DNA of 64,000 nucleotides from an uncultured delta proteobacterium. GTDB lineage: Bacteria > Desulfobacterota > Binatia > Binatales > Binataceae. The notes under the pieces are model-generated. The model was given only the letters and a program-made list of their open reading frames with translations, was not told the DNA's origin and ran no database searches. Position numbers and translations under genes: made by a program. Positions 42,053 to 51,108 of this stretch are shown here, piece after piece; positions within the stretch are counted from its first letter, which is position 1; every line of letters begins with the position of its first letter. The DNA lies in assembly GCA_963848285.1 (NCBI GenBank), contig CAWKCZ010000002.1:129358-193357 (forward strand), in the 5' to 3' direction.

Positions 42053-42057
42053 TGCAT
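42043..42057. promoter_or_regulatory. candidate BoxR/BzdR-type operator 2: TGCATTATAGTGCAT upstream of boxC
   Basis: Near-palindrome with TGCA arms. It matches 13 of 14 positions of the site at 41124-41137. It overlaps the boxR stop codon (42050-42052) and lies 23 nt upstream of the boxC ATG. Confidence 0.45.
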
Positions 42058-42079
42058 CATCGTCACGGAGTGCTATTCG

Positions 42080-43729
42080 ATGATCGACTTCCGCACCGAG
42101 CCCGCAAAATATCGCCACTGGAAGCTGAGCTTCGACGGCCCGGTCGCCACGCTCGCGATGGACGTAGATGAAAACGGCGGCCTGGTTCCTGGCTACGAGC
42201 TGAAGCTTAATTCCTACGATCTTGGAGTCGATATCGAACTGAATGACGCGGTGCAACGCCTGCGCTTCGAGCATCCGGAGGTGCGTAGCGTCATCATCAA
42301 GTCCGGCAAAGAACGGGTTTTCTGTGCGGGCGCGAACATCAAGATGCTCGGACAGTCGAGTCATCCACATAAGGTCAATTTCTGCAAGTTCACGAATGAG
42401 ACCCGCAACGCCATCGAGGACGCAACGCAAAATTCCGGGCAGTTTTATATGACGGCCGTGAGCGGCGCGTGCGCAGGCGGTGGTTACGAACTCGCGCTCG
42501 CGACCGATTACATAATGATGGCCGACGACGGCTCGACCAGTGTGTCGCTGCCGGAACTTCCGCTCCTCGCGGTTCTGCCGGGTACGGGCGGTCTAACGCG
42601 GCTCATTGACAAGCGCCGCGTACGTCGTGATCGCGCGGATTTCTTTTGCACCACCGAAGAAGGAATGCGCGGGAAGCGCGCCGTCGAGTGGCGTCTGGTC
42701 GACGAAGTCGTGCCGCGCACGCAACTCGTCGAAGCGGCCGCCCACAAGGCCACTGAGGTCGCAGCACGCTCCGATAGGCCGAGCGGACAGCGGGGTATCT
42801 CGTTGAAGCCGTTGGCTCGCAGCATCGAAGGCGATCGGATCCGCTACGACCATTTGAAGATCGACATTGATCGCGCGAATTCCGCCGCGACATTTTTGAT
42901 CCGTGGGCCCGAGTCGCCAGCCCCGGCCGAGCCGAACGAAGTTATCGCCGCCGGATGCGACTTCTGGCCGCTCGCGACGGCGCGGGAACTCGACGATGCG
43001 ATCCTTCACTTACGCGCCAACGAGGAAACCATTCACACCTGGATCTTCCGCACCGAAGGCGACATCAACACCGTTAAGGCGTTCGATGCGCTGCTGCTTG
43101 CGCACGCCGACCATTGGCTCATTCGGGAAATCCGTCTTTACCTCAAGCGCGTGCTGAAGCGCATCGACGTAAGCTCGCGCTCGCTCTTCACGCTCATCGA
43201 ACCGGGCTCATGTTTCCATGGGACGCTGCTGGAGCTCGCGCTCGCAAGCGATCGCGTCTACATGTTGAGCGGCAAACGCGAGGTCGACGAACGTCCGGCG
43301 GCCACCATCGGATTCACCGAAATGAATTTCGGTGTTCTCCCCATGTGCAACGGCCTGTCACGCATTGAAAGCCGCTTCCTCGGCGATCCACTCCGAGTGG
43401 AAGAACTGCGGGCCCTGATCGGCAAATCTATTGATACGGAAGCGGCGGAAAAACTCGGGCTCGTCACCTTCACCCCCGACGATATCGATTGGGAAGACGA
43501 AGTGCGCCTCGCAATCGAGGAGCGCGCCGCGTTTTCGGGCGATGCTCTCACCGGGATGGAGGCGTCGCTGCGCTTCGGTGGGCCGGAAACCATCGAGTCG
43601 AAAATCTTCGCGCGCCTGTCGGCATGGCAGAACTGGATTTTTCAGCGTCCTAACGCGGTCGGCGAGAAGGGCGCGCTCAAGCTTTACGGCACCGGACAGC
43701 GGCCCGAGTTCGATCCTCGCCGCGTCTGA
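42080..43729 (+). CDS. boxC: benzoyl-CoA-dihydrodiol lyase (2,3-epoxybenzoyl-CoA dihydrolase)
   Basis: 549-aa intact ORF reading MIDFRTEPAKYRHWKLSFDGPVATLAMDVDENGGLVPGYELKLNSYDLGVDIELNDAVQRLRFEHPEV..VFCAGANI. Its double crotonase-like architecture and length are typical of BoxC. It sits next to boxB. Confidence 0.8.
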   Translation: MIDFRTEPAKYRHWKLSFDGPVATLAMDVDENGGLVPGYELKLNSYDLGVDIELNDAVQRLRFEHPEVRSVIIKSGKERVFCAGANIKMLGQSSHPHKVNFCKFTNETRNAIEDATQNSGQFYMTAVSGACAGGGYELALATDYIMMADDGSTSVSLPELPLLAVLPGTGGLTRLIDKRRVRRDRADFFCTTEEGMRGKRAVEWRLVDEVVPRTQLVEAAAHKATEVAARSDRPSGQRGISLKPLARSIEGDRIRYDHLKIDIDRANSAATFLIRGPESPAPAEPNEVIAAGCDFWPLATARELDDAILHLRANEETIHTWIFRTEGDINTVKAFDALLLAHADHWLIREIRLYLKRVLKRIDVSSRSLFTLIEPGSCFHGTLLELALASDRVYMLSGKREVDERPAATIGFTEMNFGVLPMCNGLSRIESRFLGDPLRVEELRALIGKSIDTEAAEKLGLVTFTPDDIDWEDEVRLAIEERAAFSGDALTGMEASLRFGGPETIESKIFARLSAWQNWIFQRPNAVGEKGALKLYGTGQRPEFDPRRV

Positions 43730-43743
43730 GTCACGGAGAACAA

Positions 43744-45168
43744 ATGGGCATCGATTATACCGAACTGATCCCGAACAACGTCAGTCTGTCTGATGACCGC
43801 CGGTTACAACGCGCGCTGGAATCATGGCAGCCGCGCTACCTCGAATGGTGGCGCGAGATGGGGCCCGAGGGCTTCCAGGCTTGTGATGCGTATCTCCGCA
43901 CCGCGACTTCGGTTGACGCCAAGGGTTGGGCGACTTTCGGTTACCTGAAGATGCCCGAGTATCGATGGGGCATCTTCCTCGCCGCCGAAGATCCCGATCG
44001 GCGCATCGCGTTTGGCGAGCACAAGGGCAAGCCAGTGTGGCGCGAGGTTCCCGGCGAGCATCGTGGCGTGCTGCGACGACTCCTGGTAACTCAGGGTGAT
44101 ACCGAGCCGGCCTCGGTCGAGCAGCAGCGTCATCTCGGTAATACCTGCCCCTCGCTCTACGACCTGCGCAATCTGTTTCAAGTCAACGTCGAGGAGGGCC
44201 GCCATCTGTGGGCGATGGTGTATTTGCTCCATGCGTTCTTCGGGCGCGACGGGCGCGAGGAGGCCGATACGCTGCTGCAGCGCCGCTCCGGGAGCGCTGA
44301 CAATCCACGCATTCTGGGTGCGTTCAACGAAAAGACACCTGACTGGCTGTCATACTTCATGTTCACCCACTTCACCGATCGCGACGGAAAATACCAGCTC
44401 GCGAGTCTCGCCGAGTCGGGCTTCGATCCGCTCGCACGCACTTGTCGCTTCATGCTGACCGAGGAAGCGCATCATCTGTTCGTCGGTGAGTCGGGAATCG
44501 GTCGCGTAATCGCGCGCACCTGCGAGCTGATGAAGCAGAACGACACCGATCACGTCGGCGAATATCGGTGGCATCGATCTCGATATCATTCAGAAGTACA
44601 TCAACTTCCATTTTTCGGTGTCGCTCGATCTGTTCGGCTCCGAGCTCTCGACCAACGCCGCGACTTATTTCAGCACCGGGCTGAAGGGCCGTTTTAAGGA
44701 AGACGTCCTACGATGACGATCATCAGCTCGCGTCGCTGACTCGCACAGTACTGAAGCCCGAGAACGGGACGATCGTTGAAAGCGAGCAACCCGCGCTGGT
44801 CGCGCTGAATGAAACCTTGCGCGATGCCTACATCGACGACTGCGAGCGCGCGATGGTGCGATGGAACAAGATCATCCGCGAGGCCGGCATCGAACGCCAG
44901 TTGAAGCTGCCGCATCGCGGGTTCCATCGCGCGATTGGCGAATTCCGCAGCGTCAAGGTGACTCCGGGTGGTGAGATCATTTCCGCAGAGGAGTGGAACC
45001 AGCGTCAAGCGCAATGGCTTCCCAGGCGATGCCGATCGGACCTTCATCGCATCCCTGATGAAGCCGGAGACCCGGCCCGGCCATTTCGCGGGATGGATCG
45101 CGCCGCCAATTCGTGGAATTAATCTCCAGCCGATCGAGTTTGAATACGTGATGCTTCCGCACAATTGA
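43744..45168 (+). CDS. boxB: benzoyl-CoA 2,3-epoxidase, di-iron oxygenase subunit, frame-disrupted in its last third
   Basis: MGIDYTELIPNNVSLSDDRRLQRALESWQPRYLEWWREMGPEGF..VTQGDTEPASVEQQRHL..VEEGRHLWAMVYLLH..MLTEEAHH (EExxH di-iron motifs). Then come IDLDIIQKYINFHFSVSLDLFGSELSTNAA, LNETLRDAYIDDCERAMVRWNKII and the C-terminal GWIAPPIRGINLQPIEFEYVMLPHN. At least 3 frame changes, near 44570, 44700 and 45030. Confidence 0.75.
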
Positions 45169-45197
45169 AACCAGCATCGGCAAAGGGCAGGTGACTC

Positions 45198-45597
45198 ATG
45201 GGCGCAGCAGAAAACAAACAACTCATCAGCAACATGTTCGCCGAACTATCCAAGGGGAACGGCGCCGCGTTCCTGGAGAGCATGGCTGACGATGTGAAAT
45301 TCAACACTCCAGGGGAAGACCAAATTCTCCGGCACCTTCAACGGCAAGCAGGAAGTCGTTGGCAAGCTGCTGGGGCCTTTGGGTGCGCAGCTCGAAGGTG
45401 GCGTCACCATCACGCCCTACAATTTGATTGCCGATGGCGACTACGTGGCGATGCAGGCGCACGGCAAGTCGATGGCGAAAAATGGCAAGGCCTACAACAA
45501 CAGCTATTGCCAGGTTTTCAAAATCGTCGGCGGTAAAGTGAAGGAAGTCACCGAATACCTCGATACTGCGCTGGTCGACGACGTATTCGGAAAATAG
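45198..45597 (+). CDS. SnoaL-like / NTF2-fold protein, frame-disrupted near 45300-45370
   Basis: MGAAENKQLISNMFAELSKGNGAAFLESMADDVKF (45198 frame) joins ORF 45379..45597. That ORF reads GAQLEGGVTITPYNLIADGDYVAMQAHGKSMAKNGKAYNNSYCQVFKIVGGKVKEVTEYLDTALV, the typical SnoaL_2 pattern. Confidence 0.65.
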
Positions 45598-45639
45598 CGG
45601 ACCAGCCCAGAACCAGCCGCGTCCGGTTTGACAATCCAT

Positions 45640-45650
45640 TGGTCAGACCA
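45640..45650. promoter_or_regulatory. TGGTC-A-GACCA palindrome (FadR/GntR-type GT..AC operator candidate) downstream of a TTGACA hexamer
   Basis: TTGACA at 45628-45633 and the perfect 5-1-5 palindrome at 45640-45650. The palindrome ends 14 nt upstream of the GTG start (45665) of the GntR-family gene. Pattern match only. Confidence 0.35.
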
Positions 45651-45664
45651 TTATCGTTGCCGAC

Positions 45665-46372
45665 GTGAATGATCAGGCGCCGGTAAATTTCGGTCCGGTT
45701 CGGGGAGCCCGGCTGTTCGAGGAAATCTGCGAACAGATTCGCGGACAGCTCTTGAGCGGAAAACTCGGCCCCGGAGACAAGCTCCCCCCCGAGCGCGACC
45801 TCGCCGGACAGTTCGGCGTAAGTCGCGCCGCGGTGCGCGAGGCCCTGCGCACGCTGGAGGTTTCAGGCCTCGTCGAGCTGCGCAAAGGATCCAAAGGCGG
45901 CGCCTTCATGTTGAACGAAGGCGCCCCACTAACGCAGTCGTTCGAGAGCATGCTCGATCTCGGGCGCATCTCGATGCGCGACTTCACCGAGACGCGCATT
46001 CTCATCACCGAGGTCGTGGTCCGTCTCGCCTGCGAACGCGGCACCAAAAAACAATTCGATGCCATCGAGCGCGATATTGATCGTGTGGAAAAAGCACTCG
46101 CGGCCAGCGAGGGCTACAAGAATCTCGATGTCATCACCGAGTTTTACGATCTGTTGGCGGTCGCGACCGGCAACCAGATGTTGCGCTTCATCGTACACGG
46201 CATCGCGCAGGTGCTGACCGGCCTGATTCGCGCGCGACAGCCCGCGCCGCTCGATGACCTGGTGGAGCGTCGGCGTGAAATACTTCGCAAGCTGCGCATA
46301 CGCGACGCGGCGGCGGCGAGCAAGCTTTTGTCGAGTCATCTCCTGCGCGTGCATGCGCGGATGACGAACTAG
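45665..46372 (+). CDS. GntR-family (FadR/FCD subfamily) transcriptional regulator
   Basis: 235-aa intact ORF reading LFEEICEQIRGQLLSGKLGPGDKLPPERDLAGQFGVSRAAVREALRTLEVSGLVELRKGSKGGAF. This is a winged HTH, followed by a helical FCD-type effector domain. Confidence 0.85.
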   Translation: MNDQAPVNFGPVRGARLFEEICEQIRGQLLSGKLGPGDKLPPERDLAGQFGVSRAAVREALRTLEVSGLVELRKGSKGGAFMLNEGAPLTQSFESMLDLGRISMRDFTETRILITEVVVRLACERGTKKQFDAIERDIDRVEKALAASEGYKNLDVITEFYDLLAVATGNQMLRFIVHGIAQVLTGLIRARQPAPLDDLVERRREILRKLRIRDAAAASKLLSSHLLRVHARMTN

Positions 46373-46392
46373 AGCACCGGGAGGACGAGGCG

Positions 46393-47439
46393 ATGGGTGA
46401 AATTCTCGCAGTCGGAATCACGCACTATCCGCCGCTTGCCGGGCGCGACGAGAGCATGGCCTTCATCCTCAAGATGATGCTGAAAAATCCGCACCTGCCG
46501 GAGAAATGGCGGGACGCGGAAAACTGGCCGGCGGCGATGCGCGACGAGTGGAGCACCGACGACGGGGCGGCGGCCGCTCGTGGCCATCGGGCACGGCTGC
46601 TGAGTGCGCTGCGCAAGACGCGCGCGCAGATCGATGAGTTTCGTCCCGATTTCATCGTGGTGTGGGGTGACGATCAGTACGAGAATTTTCGCGAGGACGT
46701 AGTTCCCCCCTACTGCGTGTACGCGCACGATTCGTTCGAGTTTGGTCCCGGCAACATGCCGAATAACATCTGGGACGAGCCGTCCGACAAAAAGTTTCAT
46801 TGCGCTGGAAATGTAGCCGCTGGAAAGTATCTTGCCTCGGGTCTGATCGAAGCAGGATTCGATACTGCATATTCTTACAAGCCGTTGCATCATCCGCTCG
46901 GTCACGCGTTCGCGAACGCGGTGCTGTATTTGGACTACGATCGCAAGGGATTTCCGCATCCGATAATTCCGTTCGCGATCAACTGTTATGGGCGCAAGGT
47001 CTGCGCTCAGCGCGGCGGGCTGCCGGTGTTCGAGAATCCTCCATCCGAAGCGCAACTCGATCCGCCTGCGCCGACGCCGCGACGACTGTTCGATCTCGGC
47101 GCGGCCACGGCGCGTTTATTTGCCGCGAGCCCGTGGCGCGTCGCGCTGCTGGCATCGTCGGGTTGGTCGCATGCGTTTCTGACCGAGAAAAATCACTTCC
47201 TCTATCCGGACACGCCTGCCGATATGACCCTGTACGAGGCCTTGCGCAAAGGTGACTATGAGTCATGGCGCAATTACCCTGCCCAATCGGTGGAGGCGAG
47301 CGGCCAGCAGGAAATCCTCAACTGGATGTGCCTGGCGGGGGCTTTGGCCGAACTCAAACGCAAGCCGGCGGAAACGGAATTCATCGATACCTGGATTTTC
47401 AACTCCTCGAAATGTTTCCTCTTCGCGCCCGCGAGCTGA
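46393..47439 (+). CDS. class III (LigB-type) extradiol ring-cleavage dioxygenase family protein
   Basis: 348-aa intact ORF with MGEILAVGITHYPPLAG, PDFIVVWGDDQYENF, HHPLGHAFANAVLYLDY and SSGWSHAFL. Assignment is from general family resemblance; the substrate is unknown. Confidence 0.6.
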   Translation: MGEILAVGITHYPPLAGRDESMAFILKMMLKNPHLPEKWRDAENWPAAMRDEWSTDDGAAAARGHRARLLSALRKTRAQIDEFRPDFIVVWGDDQYENFREDVVPPYCVYAHDSFEFGPGNMPNNIWDEPSDKKFHCAGNVAAGKYLASGLIEAGFDTAYSYKPLHHPLGHAFANAVLYLDYDRKGFPHPIIPFAINCYGRKVCAQRGGLPVFENPPSEAQLDPPAPTPRRLFDLGAATARLFAASPWRVALLASSGWSHAFLTEKNHFLYPDTPADMTLYEALRKGDYESWRNYPAQSVEASGQQEILNWMCLAGALAELKRKPAETEFIDTWIFNSSKCFLFAPAS

Positions 47440-47442
47440 GTC

Positions 47443-48261
47443 ATGAAGCTGGACGGCAAAGTCGCAATCATTACCGGGACCAGCTCCAACATCGGGGCGG
47501 GCCTCGCCGAAGGGATAGCCGATGCGGGCGCGGCGATCGTATGCGTCGACAGCAAGGCGGAGAACGCTTCGGACTGTGCGGGGGAGTTGAAGAAGCGCGG
47601 GCGCAAAGCGCTGGCCGCGACCTGCGATGTTACCGATGAGGCACAGGTCAAAGCCGTCATCGCAAAAGCGCGCGAGGAGTTCGGGGGCATCGACATCCTC
47701 GTCAACGGGGCGGCTATCTTCAACAAGAAGGGTGTGCTCGACATGCCGCTCGACGAATGGCAGCGCCAAATCGCGATCATACTGACGGGCACGTTTCTAT
47801 TCACCAAGTACGCAGCGCAACACATGATCGAAACGCGCCGGCGCGGCAACATCATCAATATAATCTCGACTGCGGGTCACCAGGGCGAGCCAGGAAACAT
47901 CGCGTACTGCACCAGCAAATCGGGGCTACTCAACTTCACGCGCTCGGCCGCGATGGAGCTGAGTCGTCACGGCATCCGCGTGAACAGCCTGACGCCGACG
48001 GCGACCGATCCCGACGAGGGTATCGAGCGCGCGACGCGATGGGGGAAGCCGCTGCGAGGTGCCGAACGCATCAAGCAGGCATTCGAGGTGTTTCGGAAAT
48101 TGACTCCGATGCAGAAGCTGCCGAGTCCGCGCCACTACGCGAGCGCGGCGGTGTTTCTCGCCTCGGACGACGCCGAAATGATCACCGGGATGGATTTGCG
48201 CGTCGACGGCGGCACCATCGCGCGCTACTGGGCATGGGATCCGTCGGGAACCGTGAAGTAG
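47443..48261 (+). CDS. SDR-family oxidoreductase
   Basis: 272-aa intact ORF with KVAIITGTSSNIGAGLAEGIADAGAAIVCVD and NGAAIFN. It also has STAGHQGEPGNIAYCTSKSGLLNFT (YxxxK) and VNSLTP. Confidence 0.85.
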   Translation: MKLDGKVAIITGTSSNIGAGLAEGIADAGAAIVCVDSKAENASDCAGELKKRGRKALAATCDVTDEAQVKAVIAKAREEFGGIDILVNGAAIFNKKGVLDMPLDEWQRQIAIILTGTFLFTKYAAQHMIETRRRGNIINIISTAGHQGEPGNIAYCTSKSGLLNFTRSAAMELSRHGIRVNSLTPTATDPDEGIERATRWGKPLRGAERIKQAFEVFRKLTPMQKLPSPRHYASAAVFLASDDAEMITGMDLRVDGGTIARYWAWDPSGTVK

Positions 48262-48292
48262 CTGCGAGTTAGCATTCGCACAGGAGGCCGGC

Positions 48293-49576
48293 ATGAACGA
48301 AATCACGGAAAAGCTCATCATCGATGACGACGAGGCGGGGCTGTTTCGGGTCAATCGGCGGGTCTTCACCGAAGCCGATTACTTCGAGCTGGAGCGCCAG
48401 CGCATCTTCGATAAATGCTGGATCTATGCGGGCCACGAATCCGAAGTTGCGAAGCCGGGTGATTTTCGTTCGCGGCGGGTCGCGGGGCGTCCCATCATTC
48501 TCGCGCGCGGGGACGACAATGTCGTACGCGTGATGCTCAACACCTGCACCCATCGTGGAGCGATGGTATGCCGGCAGGCCTCCGGCACCGCGAAGACCTT
48601 CCAATGCGCCTATCACGCGTGGACGTTCAACAATCGCGGCGCGCTGGTCGGGGTGCCGGGCGACAGCGCCTACAGCGCGGCGTTCAAGCGCGAGGAATTG
48701 GGCCTCGTCAATCCGGCACACACAGAGAGTTATCGCGGATTTGTCTTCATCAACTTTAATCCCGCGGCGGAAAGCCTGACCGACTACCTTGCGGGCGCGA
48801 CCGAATTCCTCGATTTGGTGGCGGACCAGTCGGAAGTCGGGATGAAGATCGTCGAGGGGACGCAGGCCTACAGCATCCGCGCCAATTGGAAACTGCTGGT
48901 AGAGAATAGCTACGATGGGTACCACGGTCTGCCGACCCATCAACGCTACATGCAATTTCTCGCCGAAAGTGGATCCGCTTTCAAAGGCCTCGACGGCCGT
49001 AGCGCGAAGGCGCTCGATCTCGGCAATGGTCACGCGGTCATTGAATACGACAGCCCCTGGGGCCGCCCCATCGCCAGATGGGTTCCATCGTTCGGAGCGG
49101 AGCGCAAGGCTCACTTCGACGATATTCGGCGCAGGTTCGACGATCGTTTTGGCGAAACCCGGGCGCGCCGGATTTGCGAGACCAGTCGAAATCTTGGGAT
49201 TTTTCCCAACCTCGTGATCAACGACATCATGTCGATCACGGTGCGGACCTTTTATCCCATCGCGCCCAATTGCATGGAGGTCAACGCGTGGGCGCTCGCC
49301 CCGATAGACGAGAGCGAAGAGGACGCAGCCCTCCGGCTTGATAACTTTCTGACTTTCCTTGGACCCGGCGGCTTCGCGACTCCCGACGACGTCGAGATGC
49401 TCGAGTCGTGTCAGCGCGGCTTCATCAATCGAGAGGTGGGATGGTCGGACATTTCGCGCGGGATGCATCGCGAAAATCCGCGCACCGACGACGAGCTGCA
49501 GATGCGCGCGTTCTGGCGGCGATGGAACGAACTTATCACGGCGCCCAGTGTGCATAGGGCCCGGAGAGCAGCATGA
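48293..49576 (+). CDS. aromatic ring-hydroxylating dioxygenase, Rieske [2Fe-2S] alpha subunit
   Basis: 427-aa intact ORF. The Rieske motif is CTHRGAMVC...CAYHAWTF, and the catalytic domain contains NWKLLVENSYDGYHGLPTH. Confidence 0.85.
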   Translation: MNEITEKLIIDDDEAGLFRVNRRVFTEADYFELERQRIFDKCWIYAGHESEVAKPGDFRSRRVAGRPIILARGDDNVVRVMLNTCTHRGAMVCRQASGTAKTFQCAYHAWTFNNRGALVGVPGDSAYSAAFKREELGLVNPAHTESYRGFVFINFNPAAESLTDYLAGATEFLDLVADQSEVGMKIVEGTQAYSIRANWKLLVENSYDGYHGLPTHQRYMQFLAESGSAFKGLDGRSAKALDLGNGHAVIEYDSPWGRPIARWVPSFGAERKAHFDDIRRRFDDRFGETRARRICETSRNLGIFPNLVINDIMSITVRTFYPIAPNCMEVNAWALAPIDESEEDAALRLDNFLTFLGPGGFATPDDVEMLESCQRGFINREVGWSDISRGMHRENPRTDDELQMRAFWRRWNELITAPSVHRARRAA

Positions 49577-50064
49577 GCTCGGTCGAGTTGCCCTCGCGCG
49601 CCGAGGTCGAGGACTTCCTCTACAAGGAAGCTGACCTGCTCGATCGGTGGCAGCTTCAGGAGTGGCTCGCGCTGCTCACGGACGATGCGACCTATCAAGT
49701 GCCTCCGACCGATACGCCCGGCGGCGACGCGCGCAACACGCTGTTCATTATCGCGGATGATGCGGCGCGGATCCGTGAGCGCGTCAAACAACTCCTCGGC
49801 AAAGCCGCGTGGGCGGAAAACCCGCCTTCCCGTACACGTCGGATGATCAGCAACGTGCGCGTGCTCGGACCGCAGGGCGAGGGTGTCGGCATCGCGGCGA
49901 ATTTTGTCGTCTATCGATTTCGGCACGAGCTGGTCGATACCTACATCGGGCACTACGAGTACGAGCTGGTGCGCCGCGACGTGGAGCTGAAGATTCGCAA
50001 ACGCAAGGCGATCCTCGATATCGAGGCGCTCCGCCCACAAGGCAAGATTAGCTTCATTCTGTAG
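49573..50064 (+). CDS. aromatic ring-hydroxylating dioxygenase beta subunit
   Basis: 163-aa intact ORF whose start overlaps the alpha-subunit stop by 4 nt (ATGA). It reads VEDFLYKEADLLDRWQLQEWLALLTDDATY, the typical NTF2-like beta subunit. Confidence 0.85.
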   Translation: MSSVELPSRAEVEDFLYKEADLLDRWQLQEWLALLTDDATYQVPPTDTPGGDARNTLFIIADDAARIRERVKQLLGKAAWAENPPSRTRRMISNVRVLGPQGEGVGIAANFVVYRFRHELVDTYIGHYEYELVRRDVELKIRKRKAILDIEALRPQGKISFIL

Positions 50065-50076
50065 CGAGGGCGCCGC

Positions 50077-51059
50077 ATGCACGCCATCGACATGCACAAC
50101 CACTTCATCGCGCCCGAGGTGATCGATTTCCTCGCGCGCGAGGGCAAGCATTTCGCGACCCGCATCGTCGAGCGCGACGGACGCCGCTTCTTCCTGATCC
50201 AGGAATCCGCGACTGCGTCCGATCGACGGCCCGATTTCCGACGCGGCCTCGCGCATCGCCGACATGGATCGCGAGGGCATCGCGATGCAGGCGGTCTCGT
50301 GCGTGCCGTTCCTGATGTATCCCGAAGTTGCCGCCGACAAAGCGCTCGCGATCGCGCAGGTCAATAATGACGCGCTGGTCGCGCTCGGTAAGGGAAATCA
50401 ATCGCTTTTGTCCTCTTGCGTCGGTGCCACTTCAGAATCCGGATCTGGCGGCCAAGGAATTGGAGCGCGCGGCGAAGCTCGGATTGCGTGGCGTCGAGAT
50501 TCCACCGAAAGTGGTGGAACGCCAGCTGGACGAAAAAGATTTCGAGGTGTTCTGGGCCGCTGCCGAGGCGCTGCAGATGGCGGTCTGCATCCATCCCTTC
50601 GAGGCCGCGCCGGCCGGTGCGATGAGCCGCTACTTTCTCGGCAATCTCGCCGGTAACCTCTACGACACCGGGTTGGCCGCCGCGCTTCTGATCTATGGCG
50701 GCGTGTTGGAGCGCCATCCGAATCTACGCGTCGTGCTGTATCATGCGGGCGGCGCGCTGCCGGCGATCCTGGGCCGCCTCGACATGGGTTATCGACTCGT
50801 TCCCGAATGCGGCAATGCGATCCCGCGCCCGCCCTCCAGTTATGCGAGCCAGTTCCACTTCGACATCATCGCGCACAGCCGCCCGATGCTAAGTCATCTG
50901 GTCAAGACGTTCGGCGCCGATCGATTTGTGATTGGAAGTGACTATCCGCTTCCCGCGGGCCTCGCGCATCCGATCGAAGAAGTGAAAGCCCTGAACCTCG
51001 GCGAGGATGACGAGCGCAAAATCCTGAGCGGCAATGCTCATCGCCTTCTGCGCCTTTGA
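50077..51059 (+). CDS. amidohydrolase-2 family protein (ACMSD/LigW-like decarboxylase or hydratase), frame-disrupted near the N-terminus
   Basis: MHAIDMHNHFIAPEVIDFLAREGKHF (HxH metal motif), then ADMDREGIAMQAVSCVPFLMY (50264 frame). The 50328 frame follows with RFCPLASVPLQNPDLAAKELERAAKLGLRGVEI..VCIHPF..RVVLYHAGGALP..FVIGSDYP. 2 frame changes, near 50215 and 50385. Confidence 0.7.
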
Positions 51060-51108
51060 GTTTTATTCCGTCCGCATTTGAGGTAGTCAGTTTTCAGGAG
51101 ACTGACTC

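Noticed and set aside
48269-49555. 428-aa ORF on the minus strand
   Set aside because: It is exactly antisense to the intact Rieske alpha-subunit gene. It has no recognisable motifs and is a GC-rich shadow ORF.
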